64,000 bases of DNA from the NCBI GenBank assembly GCA_964016885.1, contig OZ024758.1, positions 6,138,001 through 6,202,000 on the forward strand, written 5' to 3'. This DNA comes from Eledone cirrhosa. Lineage: Eukaryota. Under the pieces are notes generated by a model. That model searched no databases. It saw only the letters and a program-made list of their open reading frames with translations, and was not told the origin of the DNA. Shown here in pieces: positions 51,358 through 64,000 of this stretch; the stretch's first letter is position 1, and the number at the start of each line of letters is the position of its first letter. Position numbers and translations under genes: made by a program.

Positions 51358-52120
51358 TCTATACATATATATAAAACTGTAGTTGTCTGTGTGTGTGTGT
51401 CCTAATTTTGGCATAGTCTATACAAATTCACATTTCTACTCCGATTGACTTCAAACTTGCATTTATATATTCCTTGCGGTCTAAAGATATTAACTGCAGC
51501 TTTTATTTTCCAATTTTCTGTTGTTAAAGGCGTTTATTTTCACTAAAACTTTAAGCCCTTTTTGTCGGAAATTTTGTCTACAATGTTCAAGAGAGACACC
51601 TCTTTAGTATTTTGAAAGAGTTACCTCTCTTTATAGACTATATTATCCCTACTTAAACGTACATCCCTTGAAATTGTTGATGGTGACCCCAATAGTAACT
51701 CCGAAGCGTTCGGCATCCGATATAACAGTTCGGTCTATATCAGATTGGGTAGATTTTTGTAACCTTAAAAGTATCCAACTAAATTCCTTCATGCTCTCCA
51801 CCACTGCAGTCCCACATGCTTACTGCTCTGTAACTATTGCTTTCATTATACCATAGCACAACAAATACATGTTCGGTTTGTCGAATGCCTTTTTACTTAA
51901 CCCTAACGTCTTGGCTTTCGTGGGTTGAACATTTTACTCCCAGGTACCCAATTAAGTTAAACCCCTAGTAATCTACGACCAATTTGTTTTTATAAGCACA
52001 AATAGTAGCCACCATTCCCAGGCCGAAGTATTCCGTACTTCTCTGTACTATTTCAGAAAGGAGGGATAAACCTGCCAATCTATGTTTAGAAGCCCGAGCA
52101 GCGCCGGGCCATTCTGCTAG
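51358..52120 (+). mobile_element. Non-autonomous Helitron
   Basis: A|TCTATACATATATATAAAA 5' end; 3' GC hairpin GCCCGAGCAGCGCCGGGC, then CTAG|T; no TSD. Confidence 0.75.
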
Positions 52121-52177
<57 letters not shown>

Positions 52178-53506
52178 TAAAATAACAGATTAAAGTTTAA
52201 GCAAAGAATCGTTGCTTTCACCCTTAACGGGATCTTCTGAAACACACATATATATATATTAATATATATGTATGTGTGCGTGTATATATATATATATATA
52301 GAAAGACACACATATGTATGTACAGTGCAATATGAGTCATGGTTCAATTCTCGGAGTTCCACCATTTTGTGTAACAGACGGCAACAGTTGTTTCCTTGAG
52401 GCTAAATCTAATTTCTTTCATTGACAGGCCATTTTTGCTAGCCAAGTAAACTACTTGTATCCAGGGAAGAAGTTGCTATTATTTCCCTTAGATCGAAAAT
52501 CTGCAGTTTCGTAAAATCTCCAGTAAATATATAAAGTTTCTTTTATAAATGGAGAATCAGAGTTATTTTCTTTTATATGTCTAAATACTATCAATTGATC
52601 TAGACCCCCTCCTCCCCCACAAAAAAAAAACCGATTTGTCAGCGATAGTTTATAAAGAGTATCTTTAGAGACCAGAATATCTATAAAAATGGTAGGTTAA
52701 AAGGTCTTTGATACTTTGAGATGAGAGCCAGAATAAAGGGTGTTATATTAGGTCAGAAGTTCCCAACCTTTTTTTGCGTCATCGCTTACTTTCACACGGA
52801 AAATCTTCCACCGTCCACCTGTAAAGTAAATTTTCAAAAGCAAAAAAAAAATGTTTGGTAAAAGCTTTTACTGATTCGTTATACATATTTAGACTCACGT
52901 TGTTATTTTTTTTACAGATTCTTTGCCTATCTTCTTTGAATATTTTGCTTCAGGTAGAGTATGTTGAAATACGGATTGGCTGTGTAGTTGCTAGATAAGC
53001 TATGCTTAAAAATAGGAATAAGAAGAAAGCAAGAACGGGGGAAGTTTTCCTCACCAGTTGTCTGCTGGGGGACTCGGATATTGCTACACATTATATATAT
53101 GTGTGTTACCAGAACCCATATGGTTTATGTTTAAATCTGCTTTCCGTAACATTATCTGAAGGAGTTAAAATATTCTCCTTGGAATAACCATAGATTTCCT
53201 TGCAATTAATTGATCTGTACAGTGTTAGCCGTCAGATAACTTGTTGATACCATAGTACCTATGATAATTGCAGCTGTGAATCCGTCTGTCGAGACATAAG
53301 TATCTTGGCTATCAACAGAATAATAGTGTGGCTCATGACACGATGGAAGCCATTGATTTGATGTTTCTTATTTTATCCGCTCGTCCATCAGCAGTACTGT
53401 TCACGTAGCCATGTATGATGGCTGCCCCCTCGTTATCGAATATGGCCATTGCACGAGAAGAAAAAAAAAAAAAAAATAAAAAAAAAAATAAAATAAAATA
53501 AAATAA

Positions 53507-53547
<41 letters not shown>

Positions 53548-53785
53548 GCCATGTATACACTCATACATACACACACATAATCACATTCACAGTAACATAC
53601 ATATACATACATGCACATACATACATAATCACATTCATAGTTATTCATACGCACACGCACATAATCATATTCTTAGTAATGTACACACACATATACATAC
53701 ATAAACACATATCTACATTCATAATAACACATATACACTCATAATCACACACACACATACAGGCACGCACAAACATACATTTACC

Positions 53786-53828
<43 letters not shown>

Positions 53829-53937
53829 TCATACATAAACACGCACAACCACATTCATGATAACACACACGCACACACGCATATATATACACACAAGCAC
53901 ACGTACATAATCACACAGAGACACATTTACCTGCACG

Positions 53938-54015
<78 letters not shown>

Positions 54016-54087
54016 CAGCGCCCCTCAAAAATGTGTACACACTCCATCAACATTCTAATAAAATTGTGTATACATTTTTGGGGACCA

Positions 54088-54151
<64 letters not shown>

Positions 54152-54264
54152 TATTTTCCGTTGTGTTGTAATATAAATAGATAGCAGCTGTTTTAGGTTA
54201 TATAACTGTTATAGAAACACGTGTCAATAAATTCCTTTCAACTAAACTGTATCCATTCAAATCT

Positions 54265-54341
<77 letters not shown>

Positions 54342-54458
54342 CATACATATATATACATATATATAACGAAGGAAATGTGGTAAGGAACCAGGTGGACCAT
54401 AACGCACCAAAGTACTCGATACTTTGAGCTCAGCTGTCGGGGTCTTACTGGTTCCTAT

Positions 54459-54497
<39 letters not shown>

Positions 54498-54690
54498 CAA
54501 AGGAATTGTGGTAAGGAACCAGATGGACCATAACACACCAGAGTACTCAATACTTAGGGTAGTAGAGTGGGAAATAGTCCAGAAATAGCCCGTCGAAACG
54601 GCTTGAGCTCTGCCGTCGGGGTCATACTTTTTCCTATATATATATATATATATTTATATATTAGTAATATGTGAAGTCTAAAGTCCGAAG

Positions 54691-54802
<112 letters not shown>

Positions 54803-55014
54803 TATACGTAACTAGATATACTACAACAGAGACATGCAAAAAGAGTTTACAGATATTGTGAGTGGTGAGGTTTGAGAGTTGAACTTGTTTACTTTAGCCA
54901 ACGATATCGTCTTGACAAATAACTCAACTGTGACTACTTAGTGCTACAGTGCTACAGTGCTGGGTAAACAGGAAAGTAAAGCTTAGCAATATAGTCCTCT
55001 TTTCACTAGTATAA

Positions 55015-56200
55015 ACCACCGCCACCACCACTGGCATCATCACCACCACCACCACCACCACCACCACCACCACCATCACCACTGTCGCCACAACCACCAC
55101 CATCACCACCACCTTCACCACCATCACCACCACCTTCACCACCATCACCATTGTCGTCACAACCACCACCATCACCACCACCTTCACCACCATCACCACA
55201 ACCACCACCACCACCACCACTGTCGTCACAACCACCACCATCACCACCACCATCACCACCACCTTCACCACCATCACCACAACCACCACCGCTGTCGCCG
55301 ACGTCAACCACCACCACCACCACCACCACCACCATTATCTCTACCACCACCACTACCATAACCGTCAACCACTACCACCACCACCATTACCACTACCGCC
55401 ACCACCTCTACCATCGCTGCCACTTCCGCCATCCACCACCGCGGTCAATAACACCTCTAACACCACCACCACCACCACCACCACCACCACCACCACCATC
55501 ACAATCACCGCGGTCAATAAAATCTCTACTACCACCACCACTACCCCCACTACCCCCCACTACCCCCACTACCGCCACCAACACCTCCACCACCACTACT
55601 ACTACCACCACCACTACCAAAACCACTACCACCACCACAACCACCACTACAACCAACAGCACAACCACAGCGATCAATAACATCTCTACCACCACTACCA
55701 CCACCAACACTACCACCATCACCACCACCACCACCAACATTACCACCACCACTACCACCACCACAACCACCACTACAACCAACAGCACAACCACAGCGAT
55801 CAATAACATCTCTACCACCACTACCACCACCAACACTACCACCATCACCACCACCACCACCAACATTACCACCACCACTACCACCACCACAACCACCACT
55901 ACAACCAACAGCACAACCACAGCGATCAATAACATCTCTACCACCACTACCACCACCAACACTACCACCACTACTACCACCACCACCACCAACATTACCA
56001 CCACCACTACCACCACCACAACCACCACTACAACCAACAGCACAACCACAGCGATCAATAACATCTCTACCACCACTACCACCACCACTACTACCACCAC
56101 CACCACCACCACCACCACCAATATCACCACCACCACCACCACCACCACCACCACCACCAATACTATCCCCGTCGCCACCATCATCATTATCATCACCATA
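55015..56200. repeat. (ACC)n-derived cryptic simple repeat with about 123-bp higher-order units
   Basis: ACC/ACT/AAC runs; the block ACAACCAACAGCACAACCACAGCGATCAATAACATCTCT recurs 4 times. Confidence 0.9.
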
Positions 56201-57094
56201 CTATAATAATATTTGTTGGGATTTACAAAGAAATCCGATCTGTTCTGTTCAATCTTTTTGATTTTGTAATTCTTTGTAACTTTAACTATTTTATATTTTG
56301 TTCCACAAATTGCCAAACATTTCGTTAGAACTCCTGAATCATATCTCGTATGTGGCAAGTCTCCGACAACATATATGGTAATATAAATTGTGTTACTAAG
56401 TCACCAATTGCGGATTAATCTACCAGCTGGTGGGCTCCATAAGTTTATTGCCTCTACACCCACACATATACACAGGCGACGAAAATTGTATTTGTGAACG
56501 ACAACTAAATCGCTCTCATATTTCCTCATCCGTCTTTCTAGCTACTCACAGCAGAAAGTCTTCAAATAGTTATTATTTCCATATAATTAACAGCTGGCTT
56601 TTCTTCTCAGGAATACCTGTTGTATCGCTTTTCTCTCTGAACAAACGATGAGGTTTTTTTCGTTGATTGTTTTTTTTTGTTTTTTTTGAAGTCTCAAAAC
56701 CAGGCGTGAGGATTATGAAGTGTGAAGAAGGAGAAATTAAGACGAAAGGAATGGATTTAATTTAGATTTGAAAGAGTTCAGACCATAAGAAGGAGGAATA
56801 CAATGAGATGGAAAAAAAGTTTCAAAGTCTGGCAGTTCAGGGAAAAAGAAGCTAAGACTGTAGAAAGACTTCCGTATTTATGGAACCATAACAGCATCCG
56901 GATGAAGACACCGTGAGTGTCTGTGGCGTTAAGCGACTGAGAGCACAAGACTGCCCTTCTCCCTAGACAAGACACCAGTTCATTGCAGGGTTAACATCCA
57001 GCTACTGCTGGTACTCACTTTCAACAACGTGAAATGAGGTGTTTTGCTTAAGAACGCAACACGAAACCCAGTCCAGGAATCGAATTCACGGCAT

Positions 57095-57121
<27 letters not shown>

Positions 57122-57125
<4 letters not shown>

Positions 57126-57301
57126 GTTTCTACTATTGGCACAAGGCCAGCAATTACCCAGTACATTACTGGTACTTTATTTTATCGACCCCGTAAGGAT
57201 GAAAGGCAAAGTTAACCTCGGCGGGATTTGAACTCAGAATGGCAAGGGCCGTAACTCTATGCGTCAAAGCATGGTGTCCAACCCTCTACCGGTACTGCCA
57301 A
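57122..57301 (-). mobile_element. SINE family A (young)
   Basis: Full copy next to (TA)n. Confidence 0.85.
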
Positions 57302-57544
57302 TAGCTTACAAGATTTTTTTATTCATTAGTTTTAAAGCTTTTGAGTAGGTTTAATGTTGGCCTCTGTTTAAGCTGGAGGTATAGGTTACCTGTCTAGTGA
57401 CAGGTAATCTCATTATGTTAATTACTGGGGGTCACCTGTACACAACATTAATGTATCAATGTAAGTAGTTATGGATTTTGTCACCTTAACCTATGTCAGG
57501 TACCATACAGAAGATATGTATATCATTGTCTAATTTAAGCTTCG

Positions 57545-58020
57545 ATATCGATTTCAACCTAATTTAGTCCTCCATATTGATCTAATATATCGATCACAAC
57601 CTGATTTAGTCATCTATATTGATCTAATCTATAGATTCTAGCCTGATTTATTTCTCTGTATCGATCTAATGTATTGATTCTCACCTGAATTATATCTGTA
57701 TATTGATCTAATATATCGATCCTAACCTGATTCAGTCCTCTATATTGATCTAATATATCGATTCTAACCTGATTCAGTCACCTATATTAATCTATTGTAT
57801 TGATTCTAACCTGATTTATGTCTTTATATTGATTTAATCTATAGATTCTAAACCAGATTTTTCCTCTATATTGAACTAATATATCGATCTTAACCTTATT
57901 TAATCTCTATATTGATCTAACCTATCGATTATAACCTGATTTTATTGACCTAATCTATAGATTCTAACAAGATTCAGACGTATCTATTGATCTAATCTAT
58001 CGATCCTAACCTGATTATCA
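57545..58020. repeat. Degenerate minisatellite, about 42 bp x 11-12 copies
   Basis: Consensus approximately ATATCGATTCTAACCTGATTTAGTCCTCTATATTGATCTAAT. Confidence 0.85.
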
Positions 58021-58719
58021 TAAGTTTCTAATCGATATTCATACTTTTCCATTCTCTCATTCTTTAGACATCTTTTTATTTTTGTTTCTATTGTTTAGCT
58101 TTATTTTATTATTTTATTACTTGTATTTATATTTATTTTGTTTTTAATTCCTTTTCTTATCTTTTTATATTAAAGAGTTTCTCTCAAACGCTTGTGAACC
58201 TCTTTTATATTCGATATTCTTTTATCTTTATTGTTACTACGCTTTTGTAAAATAGGTGATTAAAAATATACCCTTCATTCCCCTTTATGACTCCAAACAC
58301 AGCGGAACCTCCTCTCCTCTCTCTTACATGTAATTCTCAGAAGAAAAATGGCTGACTTCTCAGAGCTTCGTGCCAAGCTTTATCTGTCCAGCTGATATAC
58401 ATGTTGAAATGATTAATGAGTGTGTATGGTGATTAGCTTGACCTCCTACAACCTACGTTGAATAAAATATAAAATAGTTGGCTTACTGGCATAATAATCA
58501 ATAGATATCTGAAAGCACATACCTTGGTGGGTTGAACATTGGGCTTGGAATCGAGAGGTTGTGAGTTCAATTCTCGAACCGGTGATGTGTTGTATCCTTA
58601 AGCAAGACACTTTATTTTATGATTCTCCAGTTTACTCAGCTGTAGAAATGAGTTGCGACGTCACTGGTGCCAAGCTGTATCGGCCATTGCCTTTCCCTTA
58701 GACAACATCATATATAATG

Positions 58720-58818
<99 letters not shown>

Positions 58819-59730
58819 GGTAAACAGAAATAACAACACAATCGGTACAGTATATGGAAGGGATATATTAGGTTAACGCTTGATTTAGCAGGAAGATAGT
58901 CTTAACGTTTCTGACGCTAGTCCTTCATCATAAGAAAGAATGAGAAATAAGATAGCTTGAGGGGACGGGCGGGTTAGAATTAGAAATATATATATATATA
59001 TACAGTATATATATACTAGTATTTTAACTCTCCTAAATCAATCCTAGTTTCAGTGGACATTATCAAATAACAAAACAATTGTAAAATTGTGGTATTTTGA
59101 AAATTCCAGCTTGTAAAAGTAAAAGTCGAGATGTGGGTTTGTGATGAAGAGAATCTATATGTAACTACACTAGGAATAATAAAATATTGAAAGCGTATAG
59201 TAATGTTGAAACCTTAAACATTTTCAAGTGAAAAACTGCCATGCGATTGTCAGTTTGGAGCAGTTTCCATGTCGGATCTGAAAATTCGTCCTTCAATAGA
59301 TGAAATACTCAAAACTTTATTTTTCTAGTCCTCAGAACAATTGATTTTATTCAAGTATCCTTTTTGATTTATTGTTCTCGTCACAGACTTTCACCAGTTT
59401 CCTCAGATACTGGATGGTTACATCATTTCTAAAGCTTTTCAACACGAATTTATTGTATTGACATATTTGATATTCTATTTCTTTGATCTATGATGTTTTA
59501 TCCTACAAATGGATGGATGCACTTTGTCCAAAATCAAAAGAATTGTGATTTTCTTTTTATGTATTCTTAGGAATTTTGTATTTATTGAATAACACATGCG
59601 CAGCACACATACAAATAGCAACAACAGCACATACAAAAACAACTTCAGAATTTGTCATAGTTTGAAATACACTACAACGCAATGACCATGAGAAAGACTA
59701 TAATTCTTAGCTGTCCAAGACAAAATCCTC

Positions 59731-59847
59731 CTTCTTCTTCTTCTTCTTCTTCTTCTTCTTCTTCTTCTTCTTCTTCTTCTTCTTCTTCTTCTTCTTCTTC
59801 TTCTTCTTCTTCTTCTTCTTCTTCTTCTTCTTCTTCTTCTTCTTCTT
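59731..59847. repeat. (CTT)n microsatellite
   Basis: Perfect run; a second run at 63061-63137. Confidence 0.95.
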
Positions 59848-60559
59848 TTTTGTTCGTAAACTGAAAAGTCCATAGGCTAACCAAGATACTCTCATGGAAT
59901 GACCAAAATGAGGTTTATCATTCAACATAGCCCCTGGAAAGAAATAATGCAGTTATTAATAAAAGGAGTTGAAATTATTGCAAGCAAGATTTCATAGCTC
60001 TAGCATCACCCCTTCATAGTCAGCCTATGAACCTTTCAGCCTACATTTTTATGTCTATCTGTATGTCACAGTTACTGTTTTTAAGTTCGAGATCTGTTGA
60101 ATTTTCTTTATATCTTTCCTTCTATAGAACAGATACAATTAGTACCACACACTTCGCCTACTACATAAATCCATATAGTATAACAACAGAAAAATAGATT
60201 TGGGTACTAAAAAAAATATTTTGTATTATATTCGTATTTTAAACCAATTTCCATCTATTAATTAGTCTCACGAGTTTCTGCTATTGGCATGAAGCCACAT
60301 TTTGAGAAAAGAGGTGTATTCGATTATATTGATTCCACTACTAGATAATAAAAGGTGACATTTATGACCTTTCAACTTGGAACTTGAAAGATATTTCTAA
60401 ATATCAAAGGAATTTCAACTCAACAAACGCCCTAACGATTCTGCCAGCCAACAGGAGACTTATTCTGGTGAGCAGGATTATATGTTGATAGTTACAGTGT
60501 GATAAACTTACTGTAGTGAACAGTATTATATACTATGTTAGTTACAGTGTGATAAACGT

Positions 60560-60712
60560 ACGAGGGTCTGCTGAAAAGTTCATAGGCTGACCAAGATACT
60601 CTCATGGAATGACCAAATGAGGTTTATTTTTCAACATATATGCAGTTATTGATAAGAGAGTTGAAATCAATGTATGCAAGATTTCATAGCTCTAACATCA
60701 CTCCTGAACCTC
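60560..60712. mobile_element. mariner-type MITE (TACGAGGG..CTGAAAAGTTCATAGGCT)
   Basis: Copies at 59860-60043, 60913-61400 (with a 3 x 144-bp internal tandem repeat) and 63170-63320. Confidence 0.7.
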
Positions 60713-61862
60713 GTACTCTGGTGAGCAGTATTATATATTTCTGAGTTCAAATCCCGCCGAGGTTAACTTTGCCTTTCATCCTTACGGGGTCGATAAAATA
60801 AAGTACCAGTAATACACTGAGTAATTGCTGGACTTGTGCCAAAAAGTTGAAGCAATTATATATTATGTTATCTGCTGTGTGATAAACTTACTGTGGTGAG
60901 CAGAATATTATGTACGATGTTCGGTTGAAAAGTTCAAAGACTGACTGTGAAGTATTAATGCTAAAGCTGTGAAATCTGGCATGCATTAATTTCAACTCTT
61001 CTTATTAACAAATGTATTGTTTCTTTCCAGGGACTATGTTTAAAAAATAAACTTCATTTGGTTATTCCATGAGAGTATCTTGGTCAGCCTATGAAGGAGT
61101 GATGCTAGAGCTGTGAAATCTGCCATGCATTAATTTCAACTCTTCTTATTAACAAATGTATTGTTTCTTTCCAGGGACTATGTTTAAAAAATAAACTTCA
61201 TTTGGTTATTCCATGAGAGTATCTTGGTCAGCCTATGAAGGAGTGATGCTAGAGCTGTGAAATCTGCCATGCATTAATTTCAACTCTTCTTATTAACAAA
61301 TGTATTGTTTCTTTCCAGGGACTATGTTTAAAAAATAAACTTCATTTGGTCATTCCATGAGAGTATCTTGGTCAGCCTATGACATTTTCAGCATACGATC
61401 ATTTCAGCCAACCCTCGCATATATAAGAAACAATTCAATAATAGAAAGCCCGCTTACGACAACAATCAAATCTCATTTTCCTGTCTTTTAAGAAAGGAAT
61501 TCTAGCCTTGACATCATGAAATATAATGTAAAAGTGTAAACAATTTCATCTACGCCTTTCTTTATTCTTATTTTCACTCCTTTATTTCCAACTTGCATTG
61601 TGTTGGCTTTCTCGAAACAATTCTAACCACGTGAATAATAATTCCGATAGAATTAGATGTTATATAGTTATATAAAAACAATTCTATAGATAACTTGCAT
61701 GTTGATACAATCAGTTTTAGCAGGACTACTTCAGAATACTTTTAACGTGGATGACTGGGTTTGTTTCAAATATGACAGACGTGATGAGTTACATTCGTGT
61801 GTAACCAAGTTTAAATTTACTTGTCACAGCTACACACACACGCACCTACAGATTCACACACA

Positions 61863-62645
<783 letters not shown>

Positions 62646-64000
62646 ATGAGCTCTTACATTCCCTGTCATCTATGCATATTTCCTACATATATGCATGAAT
62701 GCTTGGACTTCTATTCTACAGCTTCAAATGTAATATGTTAGAAAGGTTTTATCATATAAGCTAGAAAAGATTTTACTTATTATAAAGCGCTATAAAACCC
62801 CTTAACTACAACTCCGTTTCTACAAGTTGTGTCACGTATGACTTCTGTACGAACATAAAACAATCTCAAGATAAAACAGAAGGGATGTCAGAATAATTAC
62901 TAATAATACAAGAGGTGAGTTTATGGTTTTAAGAAGAAAAAACATTGCTTATTATATTTCCGTTACAGTCACATAGCTTCTGTATTGATAAGTTATACTA
63001 GATTCAATGGAATATACAGGCATATTGAGAACTTGAGACTTGCAGTGTGTAGCACCATGTCTTCTTCTTCTTCTTCTTCTTCTTCTTCTTCTTCTTCTTC
63101 TTCTTCTTCTTCTTCTTCTTCTTCTTCTTCTTCTTCTCCCCCTCCTCCTTCTTCGTTCGTTCGTTCATAAGCTGAATAGTCCATAGGCTGTCCAAGATAC
63201 TCTCATGGAATGACCAAATGAGGTATATTTTTCAACATAGTCCCTAGAAAGAAACAATGCAGTTATTAATAAAACGAGTTGAAATTAATGCAAACAAGAT
63301 TTCAAAGCTCTAACATCACTGCTCCTCCATCGAAGGTGAAACATACATTTTGCTTTTTCTAATGGCTAGAACATATGCGGCTCGCCACACCTGCATACTC
63401 CTAGATTTCTCCGCTAACTGGAACTGTTGTTATTGTTAAGGAGAAGGAATCACTAAATATTCCAGCCATGTCCATTCAGTCTTTTTTTCCTACCTATTAC
63501 TGCCATGTCTACATTATGTAATGTACGCGAGATTTCCTTTTTGAAGACGTTAAGACGGTAAGGTGTGACGCGATTTGAGAGAGATTTGGATGCTAAAACA
63601 AGTAGGTCTACCAATCACTACTAATACAATGTGATTTATGAATAAATATAAAATATACAGAGCCTCATTTGTACTAATTACCATATTTCCCGGCGTCGAA
63701 GACGCTTCGTCCTCGAAGACACACCGTAATTTTGACAACCAAAAATTTGAAAAAAAAGGACACATGATAGATTTTTGAGACTTATTTTTAGGAAAAAAAT
63801 AGCGTCATCGATGCCGGGAAATACGGTAGATTTTTTTCTCATATATTCATCCCAATATCAAAGCGTTGTAATGGGATGTGAAGTAAACTTAGTTGTTATT
63901 TCTAGCAGCTGATACAATCCCTTAGTGGTATACAAAATAAAGCTATCGTTGTGCGATGTTTTCTATTGGAGAATAAAGCAATGTAGTGCTGTATAGTGTT

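Noticed and set aside
52754-53460. Possible host exon or hAT transposase remnant
   Set aside because: Only faint FW..QYP..LIP-like traces with many stops next to a hAT-like terminus; too degenerate to call.
59655-59928. Poly-R/E/K/S ORFs (also 62985-63195)
   Set aside because: These are translations of (CTT)n.

Overview
AT-rich, microsatellite- and SINE-dense eukaryotic DNA; the repeat spectrum looks like an octopus/cephalopod genome (inference). I assembled three spliced genes by hand from GT-AG exons with consistent phases. (1) A divergent Rubicon-homology (RH / zf-RING_9; DEF8-PLEKHM1-Rubicon family) gene on + at about 2486-6568. The ORF track largely misses it and its 5' end is unresolved. 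(2) A complete 19-exon BOP1/Erb1 ribosome-biogenesis gene on - (31458..11499, 898 aa) with a 6x12-aa repeat in its acidic N-terminus. (3) A complete PIBF1/CEP90-like coiled-coil gene on + (31985..37467, 722 aa) with only 3 coding exons, head-to-head with BOP1 across 526 bp. I found no convincing host gene in 38-64 kb. The window also holds several SINE families, RTE/CR1/CRE-like LINE remnants, piggyBac-, hAT- and Tc1/mariner-type MITEs, a Helitron, a U2 snRNA fragment, a 59-bp hairpin tandem array and several foldback structures at (TA)n tracts. All family assignments come from motif recognition, not database searches.
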